A DNA stretch of 64,000 nt from Gemmatimonadales bacterium. Its GTDB lineage: Bacteria; Gemmatimonadota; Gemmatimonadetes; Gemmatimonadales; GWC2-71-9. Under the pieces are notes generated by a model, which worked only from the letters and a program-made list of their open reading frames with translations, had not been told where the DNA came from and ran no database searches. Numbering within the stretch: the first letter of the stretch is position 1; every line of letters begins with the position of its first letter. Location of the stretch: assembly GCA_035299765.1 (NCBI GenBank), contig DATGVZ010000066.1, positions 8,698 through 72,697 on the forward strand. Direction: 5' to 3'. Shown in pieces: positions 46,683 through 55,496 of the stretch. The translations under genes and the position numbers were made by a program.

Positions 46683-47689
46683 CATGCGCGCGCCACTTGT
46701 GTCGCCCGCGCAATCGCCGTGCGGGCGTCAAACGGCGGCTCCCATCCCAGCTCATTCCGAATCCGATCCGTCGCGTACGGATTCTCACCCACAATGAATG
46801 AGACGGCCGCCCCGGCGAGGCCGGTGTAACGCCGCGGCTGCAGCAGTCGCAGCAGCGCACTCCAGATCGCCACGCCAGTGGCTGCGATGGTGATGGGAAC
46901 AGGAACGAATCGGACGCGGATCCGCAATGCCCGTGCGAATTCCCCGAAGAACTCACGTTGCGTAAGCAATGGCGGCCGGTCACGCGTGACGTTGTACGCG
47001 CGGAAACCCGTCGACGGCCGTGCATCGAGAGCAGCCAAAATCGCCGACGCGACATTGCCGGCGTACACGCACGACAGGTGGTTCGTGCGCGGGCCAAGCC
47101 GTGGCAGCACGCGGCGCCGCATCGTGGCAATGACGCGCGCCGTGAACAGCTTGTCGCGCTCTCCGTAGATCACATTGGGCCTGATGGCTATGACGGACAG
47201 GCCGTCGCGCTTGGCTGCCTCCTGGACGATCTCCTCGGCGGCCCGCTTGCTGCGTGCGTAATAATCGTGCTCGGAAAGCGCTTGAAACGGGAAATCCTCC
47301 CCGAAGCCGGGCCCGCCGGCCGGCGGTTCGATCGCGCGCCCGTAGACCGCGACTGTCGACACATGGACGAGCGGCACGCGCAGCCGCCGCGCCGTCTCGA
47401 CCGCGAGCCGAGCGCCGCCGACGTTGACGCGCATGAACTCATCGAGCGAAACGCGCGAAACGATGATCGCGGCGGCATGGACGATCGCTGAGACTTCACC
47501 TCCGGCGCCGGCGCGCTCCCACGCCCTGGGGTCCGTCACATCTCCGATCACAGGCTCGGCACCAAGACTCGCGACAATTGCCTGCGAATCGGGGCGAACA
47601 AGGGCCCGCACGCGTGCGCCACGGATGCGCAGGGCGTCGAGAACATGACTCCCCACGAGCCCACTGCCGCCCGTGACGAGGACGGTCAC
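46682..47689 (-). CDS. NAD-dependent epimerase/dehydratase family protein (extended SDR)
   Basis: GTG start. MTVLVTGGSGLVGSHV (Rossmann) and the YxxxK context YYARSKRAAE. Confidence 0.85.
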   Translation of the reverse strand: MTVLVTGGSGLVGSHVLDALRIRGARVRALVRPDSQAIVASLGAEPVIGDVTDPRAWERAGAGGEVSAIVHAAAIIVSRVSLDEFMRVNVGGARLAVETARRLRVPLVHVSTVAVYGRAIEPPAGGPGFGEDFPFQALSEHDYYARSKRAAEEIVQEAAKRDGLSVIAIRPNVIYGERDKLFTARVIATMRRRVLPRLGPRTNHLSCVYAGNVASAILAALDARPSTGFRAYNVTRDRPPLLTQREFFGEFARALRIRVRFVPVPITIAATGVAIWSALLRLLQPRRYTGLAGAAVSFIVGENPYATDRIRNELGWEPPFDARTAIARATQVARA

Positions 47690-48759
47690 GCTGGCCGGAC
47701 GCTGGGAACCGTGAACGGAAGATCGACGACGCGAGCCTCTCTGCCCGAGGCGCGCACGACGGCGCCTACCGGCACCTCGCGGCGAAGCACCGCCAAACCG
47801 ATCCAGCGCCCCAAGAGCGAGCCCCCGCCGTCGGGCAGCCAGGCGATGCTGGTGACGCGGCCCACATCGCGCTCGTCATCGGTGACGGCACTCCAGCCGG
47901 TCGCCGGAGTGGCCGGCGGATCCGTCTCGAAGAGCAGCCCGCGCAGATGTCGGTTCGCATGACCGCGGAAATGCAGGCGGCTGACGGTTTCCTGGCCGGT
48001 GTAGCAGCCCTTCGTGTACGAGATACCGCCGATCTCATCGAAGCGCAGCTCTTGCGGGATCGTCTTCTCGTCGACTTCCGAGGCGAGTCGCGGCCAGCCC
48101 GCGAGGATGCGCGCCAGCTCCAGTGCCGCCGGCGTGCCCGCGTGCGCACCACCGCGCACCAGCCGCTCTGTGACGGCATCGCGGTATTGCGAAGCGACGG
48201 TGATCTGAAACAGGAACGGCGCCAACTCGGGCGCGCGGGCGACTTCAAGCGGCATGTCGCCGACGGTCGTTTCGAGGACGCGATTCGGATTATGTGGCAG
48301 CGGCAGGCCCGCGGCTCCCATCACTGCCGCCGCATGGGCGCCGGTGATTCGCAGAACCGTCATGTCTTCAGTGCGATCAGCCGAACGCGCGAGACGCGGC
48401 GGCACCGACCGTTGCAGGATCGTCAGCGCTCGGTCGCGCCCTTCCGCCGGCACGGTGAAGCGGACCCGCGACCCAAGGCGCGCAGCCCAGCCGTCGACGA
48501 CGATCATTCCTTTCGGTGTGAGCAGCGCGCCGTATACGAACGCCGCGTCGCCCGGCTTCTCAATGTCACTCGTGAGCAATCCCTGAAAACAGGAAATCGC
48601 TCCGTCTCCCGAGCCCGCGCCCGTGAGATCGATGACGCCGACCTCAGCCGGCGCGACCACGGCGCCCGCGCGCAGCTGATCAACGATCTCGGCGGGCACC
48701 TCGTCGCGATCGAGGCGCACGACGGTGGGAGCGGGCGCGGCGGGAAAGGTGTCGCTCAT
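47686..48759 (-). CDS. ygfZ: YgfZ/GcvT-like folate-binding protein
   Basis: ATG 48759 (ATGA overlap). The signature ISYTKGCYTGQETVSRLHFRGH is present. Confidence 0.8.
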   Translation of the reverse strand: MSDTFPAAPAPTVVRLDRDEVPAEIVDQLRAGAVVAPAEVGVIDLTGAGSGDGAISCFQGLLTSDIEKPGDAAFVYGALLTPKGMIVVDGWAARLGSRVRFTVPAEGRDRALTILQRSVPPRLARSADRTEDMTVLRITGAHAAAVMGAAGLPLPHNPNRVLETTVGDMPLEVARAPELAPFLFQITVASQYRDAVTERLVRGGAHAGTPAALELARILAGWPRLASEVDEKTIPQELRFDEIGGISYTKGCYTGQETVSRLHFRGHANRHLRGLLFETDPPATPATGWSAVTDDERDVGRVTSIAWLPDGGGSLLGRWIGLAVLRREVPVGAVVRASGREARVVDLPFTVPSVRPA

Positions 48760-49427
48760 AGGTCTGCGAGCTCGGCCGCGGTGTGTCCGGAGAAAGAATC
48801 CCACACCAGCGCGGCGCCCCGGCCGCCGAATGTGCTCCCGGGGTAGTTCGTCGTCAGCATCACGCACGCCATTCCTGCGGCGCGCGCCGCTTCGAGGCCC
48901 GGCAGCGAGTCCTCGATCGCGACACATGCGTTTGCTGCAACCGCTCGTCTCTTGGTGAACGCGGCTTGGGCGGCGAGGTAAGCGGCTGGATCGGGTTTAC
49001 AATGCCGCACATCATCCGCGGCGATGACGATCTCGAAGCGATCCCCCAGCCCCGACTTGCGCAGCACGATGTCAATCTCGCGGCGCAGTGCACCGGAGAC
49101 GATTCCCAACCGGTAGCGCCGGCCGGCATCGCGCACGAATTCCGTAGCGCCGGGGACGAGCCGCAACGATTTCGTAACGAGCGCGAGATACCGGCGCGAT
49201 TTGGCCGCGACGAGCCGATTCAAGATCTCGGTCGTCAGCGTGCGATTCGCGCGCCGAAACGCCTGAACGAATCCTGTGCGGTCGTCCAAGCCGAGGTAGT
49301 CGGCGTAGTATTGCTCGCGTGACATGGTGATGGCATCGTCACGCAGGATGGCTTGCAGCGCTTCACAGTGCTGCGCCTCATCATCGACCAACACGCCGTT
49401 GAAATCGAACAACACGGCTTCGGTCAC
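48756..49427 (-). CDS. HAD superfamily hydrolase (beta-phosphoglucomutase/phosphoglycolate phosphatase-like subfamily IA)
   Basis: GTG 49427 is preceded by AGGAG. VLFDFNGVLVDDE (motif I DxD), ...IVSGA..., ...VAIEDSLPGLEAARAAG. The upstream 290 aa of ORF 48756..50300 are rejected. Confidence 0.85.
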   Translation of the reverse strand: MTEAVLFDFNGVLVDDEAQHCEALQAILRDDAITMSREQYYADYLGLDDRTGFVQAFRRANRTLTTEILNRLVAAKSRRYLALVTKSLRLVPGATEFVRDAGRRYRLGIVSGALRREIDIVLRKSGLGDRFEIVIAADDVRHCKPDPAAYLAAQAAFTKRRAVAANACVAIEDSLPGLEAARAAGMACVMLTTNYPGSTFGGRGAALVWDSFSGHTAAELADL

Positions 49428-50269
49428 AGCGTCTCCTTGAGCCACCCGACCACGTTGGGCCAGCAGGACTGGCGAGCGCGGTCTGACAGTACCAGGCCAC
49501 GATGCGTCAGTCCCGGCTCGACCGCGAGCTTCTTGCGACGCGATCCGACGCGGTCGACGACCTGCCGGCAGGCCGCTGGTGGTGCGAAGATCCGATCGGC
49601 GCTCCCGGCCACGCCGAGGTACGGGGTACTCACCGCCGCCAGGCCGCCAAAGTAGTCGAATCCATCGGTCCCGAGCCACGCCCCGCGCACGTTCCACTCC
49701 ATCCATTCCGCGATGATCTCCGCCGCCTCGTCTTCGTTGCCGAAGCGCAGCGCCCGCGCCGGGAAGCGACCCAACGCGCGCGACAGGGCAATCGTGCAGG
49801 CGGCGAGCGTCCTCCGTATGGGTCCGAGCCGGCGCGGGCCCGGCGTCCCGAGCGTGACGACCGCGGCGAGCGGAGCCGCCGCCGCAACGCGCGCCAGCCA
49901 GCAGAGACCGGCGGCGCCCCCCGCCGAGTGTCCGATCCACGCGAGTGGCGCGCCGTCGGTCTCTTCGCGCACGCGAGCAACCAACGTGGGCGTATCGTTC
50001 AGCACCCAGTCCTCGAACGTCCAGGCACCGCGTCGCGGTTCGCGCGCGCTTTCGCCATGATGCCGGAGATCGGCGAGCCACACGTCTAGGCCCGCGGCGC
50101 CGAGAAAATGGGCCATTCCGCCCGTGCCGTTTTCGGAGTGCAGCCAGAAGCGATGATTCGTGAAGGCGCCGTGGACGAGTAACACGGCGGGGCGGCCGTC
50201 TCGAAACGCGCGCACACGATGCAGCGCCAGCTCCACGCCGTCGGGCGCGGAGATGAGGCGCGCCGTCAT
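49424..50269 (-). CDS. Alpha/beta hydrolase
   Basis: AVLLVHGAF (oxyanion region) and the nucleophile elbow GHSAGG. 281 aa. Confidence 0.8.
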   Translation of the reverse strand: MTARLISAPDGVELALHRVRAFRDGRPAVLLVHGAFTNHRFWLHSENGTGGMAHFLGAAGLDVWLADLRHHGESAREPRRGAWTFEDWVLNDTPTLVARVREETDGAPLAWIGHSAGGAAGLCWLARVAAAAPLAAVVTLGTPGPRRLGPIRRTLAACTIALSRALGRFPARALRFGNEDEAAEIIAEWMEWNVRGAWLGTDGFDYFGGLAAVSTPYLGVAGSADRIFAPPAACRQVVDRVGSRRKKLAVEPGLTHRGLVLSDRARQSCWPNVVGWLKETL

Positions 50270-51516
50270 TCGTAGCGTCCCGCCGCGCGATAGGAGTCAT
50301 CGAGCAGCTCGACCGGGTGACGTACGCGCGCCGGAATTCTTGCCGCGGCCAACCCTGCTCCGATTTGCATGGCGCAGCCGGGGTTGCCGGTCGCGACGAC
50401 CTGCGGCGCCGCGACTCGAAGCCGCTCGATCTTTGCCGCCAACACCGCGCGCGACATCTCCGGTTCGAGCAGCGTGAACAGCCCCGCGCTGCCGCAGCAC
50501 TCGGCGGCGCCGGGGACTTGCACGAGCTCGAGGAGCGGAATCGCCGCGAAGAGCTTCAGCGGCGGCACGGCGACGCCTTGCGCGTGCAGGAGGTGACACG
50601 GTGGATCGTACGCGACGTGCAGGTCCAGCGGGGCTCCGGGAACTGGACCTTTCATCGCATCGCCGGCGAGGAGCTCCGTGACGTCGCGTACGCGGGCGCC
50701 GAATTGTTCGCTCCGGGCGGTTTCCAACAGATGCCCGTATTCCTTCATCATGGCACCGCATCCCGCGCTGTTCACGACGATGGGCTCGTCGCCAGCGCCG
50801 AACGCAGCGACGTTCTTGCGCGCCAACTCGCGTGCTTCGTCGATCAATCCGGCATGTGCATGCAGCGCACCGCAGCAGCCCTGGCCCGAGACTTCGCGAA
50901 CGTCGTAGCCGTTGATGCCCAAGGTGCGCACGGTAGCATCGTGGACGTGGGAGAAGAGGCCTTGTTGGACGCAGCCGCGAAACAAAAGGACGGAATTTTG
51001 GAAGGTCGGAAAGTTGGAAGGTGACAACGTACCACGTTCCAACCTTCCAACTTTCCAACGTTCCGGTTTCGTCGCCCCCAACATCCCCATGGCGAATCGG
51101 ACTGTTCCCCAGCCAGCGAACAGTCGCGGGAGTCCGGTCGCTCTGAATAGTCGGGCGAACCAGTACACGACCGCACTCACTCCCGGCGTCGTCAACGCCC
51201 AAAGCGCCATTCTCGCGAGGCGCGGAAGGCCGCGAGCGGCAGTGAGTCGTGCGCGAGCAGCCTCGAGGCCATGGCCGTACTGCACACCGGAAGGGCAGAC
51301 GGGCTCGCAGCCGCGGCAGCCGAGACAGCGATCGAGGTGATAGGAGAGCGCGGCGTCGTCGGCGGTCAGGTCGCCGCGCTCGAGGGCCCGCATCAGCTCG
51401 ATGCGGCCGCGGGGTGAATCGGATTCATCTCCGGTGGCGAGGAACGTCGGGCAAGCCTGAAGACAGAAACCACAATGCACGCATGCGTCCAGCCCTTCGA
51501 AGCCTCCTCGCGTCAT
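50266..51516 (-). CDS. glcF: Glycolate oxidase iron-sulfur subunit GlcF ((Fe-S)-binding, CCG domains)
   Basis: ATG 51516 (ATGA overlap with glcE). CVHCGFCLQACP and CLGCRGCEPVCP ferredoxin motifs, with C-terminal CCG-type Cys clusters (GCCGALHAH, ECCGSAG). Confidence 0.9.
   Translation of the reverse strand: MTRGGFEGLDACVHCGFCLQACPTFLATGDESDSPRGRIELMRALERGDLTADDAALSYHLDRCLGCRGCEPVCPSGVQYGHGLEAARARLTAARGLPRLARMALWALTTPGVSAVVYWFARLFRATGLPRLFAGWGTVRFAMGMLGATKPERWKVGRLERGTLSPSNFPTFQNSVLLFRGCVQQGLFSHVHDATVRTLGINGYDVREVSGQGCCGALHAHAGLIDEARELARKNVAAFGAGDEPIVVNSAGCGAMMKEYGHLLETARSEQFGARVRDVTELLAGDAMKGPVPGAPLDLHVAYDPPCHLLHAQGVAVPPLKLFAAIPLLELVQVPGAAECCGSAGLFTLLEPEMSRAVLAAKIERLRVAAPQVVATGNPGCAMQIGAGLAAARIPARVRHPVELLDDSYRAAGRYE
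50998..51066. repeat. Hairpin repeat (TTGGAAGG-type) inserted in frame in glcF
   Basis: GGAAAGTTGGAAGGT (51008-22) and ACCTTCCAACTTTCC (51042-56) are exact reverse complements. An inner AACGT/ACGTT pair and partially matching outer flanks extend the hairpin. The total is about 69 nt, or 23 codons, translated as ERWKVGRLERGTLSPSNFPTFQ. Confidence 0.85.
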
Positions 51517-52721
51517 GAGCCTTCTGTGGCAACCACGAGCGCGCTGCCGGGATCGAAGGTGCGGCGCAGTCCGGCCACGAGCGGGCCCACGCCTTCGCGA
51601 TACGCACCGAAGTGGCCGACGGCGCCCCGCAGCGGCCACGGCGCGCGCTCGAGCGTGAGCGGCACCTCGAGTCCCGCGAGCGTGCGGCGCAATCGCTGCA
51701 GCCGATCGATGCTGGCGTCGCCCGTCCACCGGATCGCGCCCGCCGCTGGCGACGCGGAGATCCATTCGTCGCCCAGCTGGTGTTGGAGCAGGTCGAGCAG
51801 CTCGTCGCTCGCCGACGGCACGCCGCCGATGCGGAAGGTTACCGGCCGGACCGCAAATCCCTCGGCGAGACGCATCCAGAACGCGTGCGCCTCTTCGGCG
51901 CGCAGCGGCGTGAACCGGGCGCCGCCGCTTGCCGCGCGCAGCCCCGCCTCATCGGCGGCGACCAGCGCCGGTGACCCGGCGAGTCGCACGCCGAGGACCC
52001 AGCGCTCGCGCCGGGCGAGCGCTGGGGACACGAGCTCGAGCGCGGCGGGCGTGAGCCCGGCGGCCGCGACGTCTTCGCCAACCTGCGTGAGATCCTCGCG
52101 CGCGCCCTCGAGCAAATAGGTGACGTCGGCGCGCGGCAGCGTGCGCAGTCGCAGGTGCACGAGAACGATCACCCCGAATGCGCCGAACCCGCCGGCCTGC
52201 AATCGCGTGAGGTCGTAGCCGGCGACGTTCTTCATCACTCGGCCGCCGCTCTGGACCATGCGGCCATCCCCGGTCACGAACGTCACGCCGAGGAGATGAT
52301 CTTTGATCGGACCGAAGCCGTGTCGCAGCGGGCCGGCCGTCGCGGTGGCGACGATGGAGCCGAGCGTGCGGCCCGCCAGGCCCGGCGGATCGATGCCCAG
52401 CCAGGCGCCGCGATCGGCGAGCTGCTGGCGCAGCTGGTCCAATCCGATTCCCGCTTCGGCCGTGGCCGTCAGATCCGCCGGCTCGACCGCGGGAACCCGA
52501 TCGAGGCGACGCGTGGTGAGTGCAAGGTCGGCGGGCGCGTCGCTCTGCAGCCACGTGCCCGCCCCTTCGATGCGCACCCGCCACCCTTCCTGATGGGCCG
52601 TGCCGAGCAGGAGGGCGACCGCGTCGGGCGATCCGGGAGCGATGCGGGGGACGCGGTCGGTGCTGGGCTCGAGAACGGCGCCCTCGCCCAACAAGGCGGT
52701 GACTTTCTCGAGGATGGTCAT
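51513..52721 (-). CDS. glcE: Glycolate oxidase FAD-binding subunit GlcE
   Basis: FAD-binding PCMH-type domain (...GGRVMKNVAGYDL...). It sits between glcD and glcF with 4-nt overlaps on both sides. Confidence 0.85.
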   Translation of the reverse strand: MTILEKVTALLGEGAVLEPSTDRVPRIAPGSPDAVALLLGTAHQEGWRVRIEGAGTWLQSDAPADLALTTRRLDRVPAVEPADLTATAEAGIGLDQLRQQLADRGAWLGIDPPGLAGRTLGSIVATATAGPLRHGFGPIKDHLLGVTFVTGDGRMVQSGGRVMKNVAGYDLTRLQAGGFGAFGVIVLVHLRLRTLPRADVTYLLEGAREDLTQVGEDVAAAGLTPAALELVSPALARRERWVLGVRLAGSPALVAADEAGLRAASGGARFTPLRAEEAHAFWMRLAEGFAVRPVTFRIGGVPSASDELLDLLQHQLGDEWISASPAAGAIRWTGDASIDRLQRLRRTLAGLEVPLTLERAPWPLRGAVGHFGAYREGVGPLVAGLRRTFDPGSALVVATEGS

Positions 52722-54205
52722 GGAACTCCTGCAAGCATCGGCTGACCCCGAGGCGGCGCCCCGGGGTTAGCCGAACCCCAATTGCCCCGGTTGCCGTGAG
52801 TCCATTCCCGGCACGCATGCACCGGCACCACCTTGCCGGGATTCACCCGTTCTTTCGGATCGAACACTCGCCGCACCGCCTGCATAGCACCCAGAGACTC
52901 CGGATCGAAGATGAGCGGCATGTAGCGCAACTTGTCGATGCCTACGCCATGCTCGCCTGTGATCGTACCACCGGCGGCGATGCATGTCGACATGATCTCC
53001 GCGCTCGCGGCTTCGACGCGTTGCTTGAGCACCGGATCGGTGGCATCGAACGAAATGTTGGGATGCAGATTGCCGTCGCCCGCGTGAAAGACGTTGCTGA
53101 CGACGAGGTCATAACGTTTCGCGATCGTGCAAATCGTTTCGAGAACCTGCGGGAGCGCGGAGCGCGGCACGACGGCATCCTGCACGACCAGGTCGCGCGA
53201 CAGTCGTCCCATCGCGCCGAACGCCTTCTTGCGTCCCTGCCACAGTCGCTCGCGCTCCGCCTCGCTGCCGGCAACGCGCACCGAGCGCGCGCCTGATTTC
53301 CGCAGCAGCTCGGCAACGGCATCGGTCTCCGCGATGACGCCGGCCTCGTTGCGGCCGTCCAGCTCCACGAGCAGCACGGCGGCGGCATCGCGCGGATACC
53401 CCGCCGCATACACGGAATCCTCGACGGCGGCTATGCAGGATTGATCCATCATCTCGAGGGCCGCCGGCACGATGCCGGCGGCGATGATCGCCGAGACCGC
53501 TTCACCAGCGACGCGGAGTCCATTGAAGTCCGCCAGCATCGTTCGCACCGCGCGCGGCAGCGGCGTGAGACGCACGGTAATTTTCGTGGCGATGCCGAAG
53601 TTTCCCTCGGAACCAACGAACAGGCCGACGAGATCGGGACCCCACGGCTCGCCGCCGGGGCTGCCGCTTTCCACCAACGTGCCGTCGGCGAGCAAGACCT
53701 CGAGCGCGAGCACGTGATTCGCGGTGACGCCGTACTTCAGGCAGTGTGGACCGCCGGCGTTCTCGGCCACATTCCCGCCGATCGTGCAGGCGCTCTGGCT
53801 CGAGGGATCGGGCGCGTAGTGCAATCCGTGTGGCTGTGCGGCCGCGCTGAGCTTCGCATTCACGACGCCGGGTTCGACGATGGCAAGCCGATTCGCGGCA
53901 TCGACACGCACGACGCGATTCAGTCGGGTCAACACGAGCAGCACACTTCCGGCATCGGCAAGCGCACCACCCGACAAGCCGGTGCCAGCGCCTCGCGGTA
54001 CGAAGGGAACGTCGTGCGCGGCCAGCAGTCGCACGACGGCGATCAGCTGCTCACGAGTGCCCGGCAGAACGATGAGATCGGGAAGGCGGCGATGAGTGGG
54101 AAGACCGTCCATCGCGTAGGTGATACGTTCGGCACGGGCTTCTCGAACGTGCCGCGATCCAACGATCGAAGCGAGGTCCGGAGCCAGGTGAGAAAGCGAG
54201 GACAT
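52718..54205 (-). CDS. glcD: Glycolate oxidase subunit GlcD (FAD-linked oxidase)
   Basis: ATG 54205 (MSSLSHLAPDL...). ...PRGAGTGLSGGA..., ...HAGDGNLHPN..., ...TGEHGVGIDK.... Confidence 0.9.
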   Translation of the reverse strand: MSSLSHLAPDLASIVGSRHVREARAERITYAMDGLPTHRRLPDLIVLPGTREQLIAVVRLLAAHDVPFVPRGAGTGLSGGALADAGSVLLVLTRLNRVVRVDAANRLAIVEPGVVNAKLSAAAQPHGLHYAPDPSSQSACTIGGNVAENAGGPHCLKYGVTANHVLALEVLLADGTLVESGSPGGEPWGPDLVGLFVGSEGNFGIATKITVRLTPLPRAVRTMLADFNGLRVAGEAVSAIIAAGIVPAALEMMDQSCIAAVEDSVYAAGYPRDAAAVLLVELDGRNEAGVIAETDAVAELLRKSGARSVRVAGSEAERERLWQGRKKAFGAMGRLSRDLVVQDAVVPRSALPQVLETICTIAKRYDLVVSNVFHAGDGNLHPNISFDATDPVLKQRVEAASAEIMSTCIAAGGTITGEHGVGIDKLRYMPLIFDPESLGAMQAVRRVFDPKERVNPGKVVPVHACREWTHGNRGNWGSANPGAPPRGQPMLAGVP

Positions 54206-54245
54206 GCTATATACTAGATGTACACACGCACCGCGGTAAACAGTC

Positions 54246-54280
54246 AAAAGGGGCCGGGACAATCGTGTTGTCCCGACCCC
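54246..54280 (-). terminator. Intrinsic terminator downstream of the sigma-70 family gene
   Basis: The minus-strand RNA reads GGGGUCGGGACAA-CACGA-UUGUCCCGGCCCC (13 bp including one G-U pair) followed by UUUUG. Confidence 0.8.
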
Positions 54281-54329
54281 TCAAGCCTGTGACCCGCGGT
54301 GCGCCTGCTGCGTCTAGCCTTTGCCTGTC

Positions 54330-55223
54330 CTAGGCCGCTCGCCAGAACCCTTTCAGTGCTTTTCCATCCGGAGATTCACGGAGCTTCTCAAACGCGCGTT
54401 CTCTGATTTGCCTGATTCGCTCGCGCGTGACGCCCATCAGCGCTCCGATCTTTTCGAGCGTCATCGCCTCGCTGCCTTCTTCGAGCCCGTAGTAGAGATA
54501 GAGAATCTTGCGCTCGCGTGGCGTGAGATACTTCTGGAAGATCCGGTCGATGAATTCGCGCATCAACTTGCCGTCGGTGCGCTCTTCGATCTCGCCGCCT
54601 TCCTGGCCCGCGAAGCGCTCGCCGAGCGTCGCCGCATCCTTGTCGGTGCGATCGACGGGCGCGTCGAGCGACAACTCCGCGGCCGTCATGCGGCGCGCGG
54701 TGCGGACGTTTTCGACGCTGTCTTCGAGTGCCTGGGCGATTTCGTTGTCGGTGGGTTCCCGGCCCAGCTCCTGCGAGAGATACGTCTCCGTGCGGCTCAT
54801 GCGAATCAGCTGCGAGTTCTGATTCAGCGGAATGCGAACGCTGCGCGTCTGCTCCGCCAACGCCTTCAGCACCGCCTGCCGCACCCACCACACGGCATAT
54901 GAAATGAATTTGACGCCTTGATCGGGATCGAACTTCTTGACGGCCTTGAGGAGTCCCTCGTTACCGATGGCGACCAACTCGGAGAGATCGAGTCCGTGGC
55001 CTTGATATTTCTTTACGTAAGAGATGACAAAACGCAGGTTGGCCGTCACCAAACGCTCGGCGGCTTTTTCATCTCCCCGTTGCACGCGACGAGCGAGACG
55101 ACGTTCTTCAGCGGGATCTTTTATGAGGGGGAGTTTTTGTATGTCTTGTAAGTACTGGTCGAATGCTCCGGAGGGGGTGGTGCGGAAAAACGCTTTCGCT
55201 TTGCCGCCATTCGACCGAGCCAT
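54330..55223 (-). CDS. Sigma-70 family RNA polymerase sigma factor, short RpoD-like form lacking region 1.1
   Basis: Regions 1.2-4 are present: FDQYLQDIQKLPLI, LVTANLRFVISYVKKY, GNEGLLKAVKKFD...KFISYAVWWVRQAV, and region 4 LTPRERKILYLYYG...TLEKIGALMGVTRERIRQI. Start set at ATG 55223 (GGGAGA lies 6 nt upstream); ATG 55277 is the alternative. Confidence 0.88.
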   Translation of the reverse strand: MARSNGGKAKAFFRTTPSGAFDQYLQDIQKLPLIKDPAEERRLARRVQRGDEKAAERLVTANLRFVISYVKKYQGHGLDLSELVAIGNEGLLKAVKKFDPDQGVKFISYAVWWVRQAVLKALAEQTRSVRIPLNQNSQLIRMSRTETYLSQELGREPTDNEIAQALEDSVENVRTARRMTAAELSLDAPVDRTDKDAATLGERFAGQEGGEIEERTDGKLMREFIDRIFQKYLTPRERKILYLYYGLEEGSEAMTLEKIGALMGVTRERIRQIRERAFEKLRESPDGKALKGFWRAA

Positions 55224-55338
55224 GCCGGTTCTCCCGAGCTGCCGTGTTGTGATCGGAACAGACGGCGCTGCCGCCATTTAGGCCAACGGGAACGGCGGCA
55301 ATATAGGTTTTCCTGCCAATAGGTGCAAATCTCCACGG

Positions 55339-55411
55339 TTATCCACATCACAAATTAATAGATATGTGAGCATTCCGTGGTTTGTCCACTATCCACATCC
55401 GGTGTGGAAAC
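55339..55411. promoter_or_regulatory. Cluster of DnaA-box-like 9-mers in an AT-rich intergenic spacer
   Basis: TTATCCACA (55339-47, perfect consensus), TTGTCCACT (55382-90), CTATCCACA (55389-97), and TGTGGAAAC (55403-11, the complement of GTTTCCACA). The AT-rich stretch AAATTAATAGATAT lies between them. Confidence 0.5.
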
Positions 55412-55496
55412 AGCTTTCCCCACCCGTGATTCCCCTCGGAACGGAGTCAATCCGAAGGATGAGAAGAACCTGTGGAGAGGTGGAAAGGAATGTGGG

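Noticed and set aside
49428-50300. The upstream 290 codons of ORF 48756..50300, and the equivalent upstream extensions of ORFs 50266..51765, 47686..48927, 12085..13053, 57145..58638 and 20272..22032.
   Set aside because: The extensions are Arg-rich and overlap the preceding recognisable gene. Internal starts create the 4-nt ATGA/GTGA overlaps seen throughout this window and match the family N-termini.
55278-55496. Interpreting the DnaA-box cluster as the chromosomal origin oriC.
   Set aside because: It is kept only as a regulatory candidate. There is no dnaA, dnaN or gidA nearby, and gene orientation stays predominantly minus on both sides instead of diverging. I cannot compute GC skew here.
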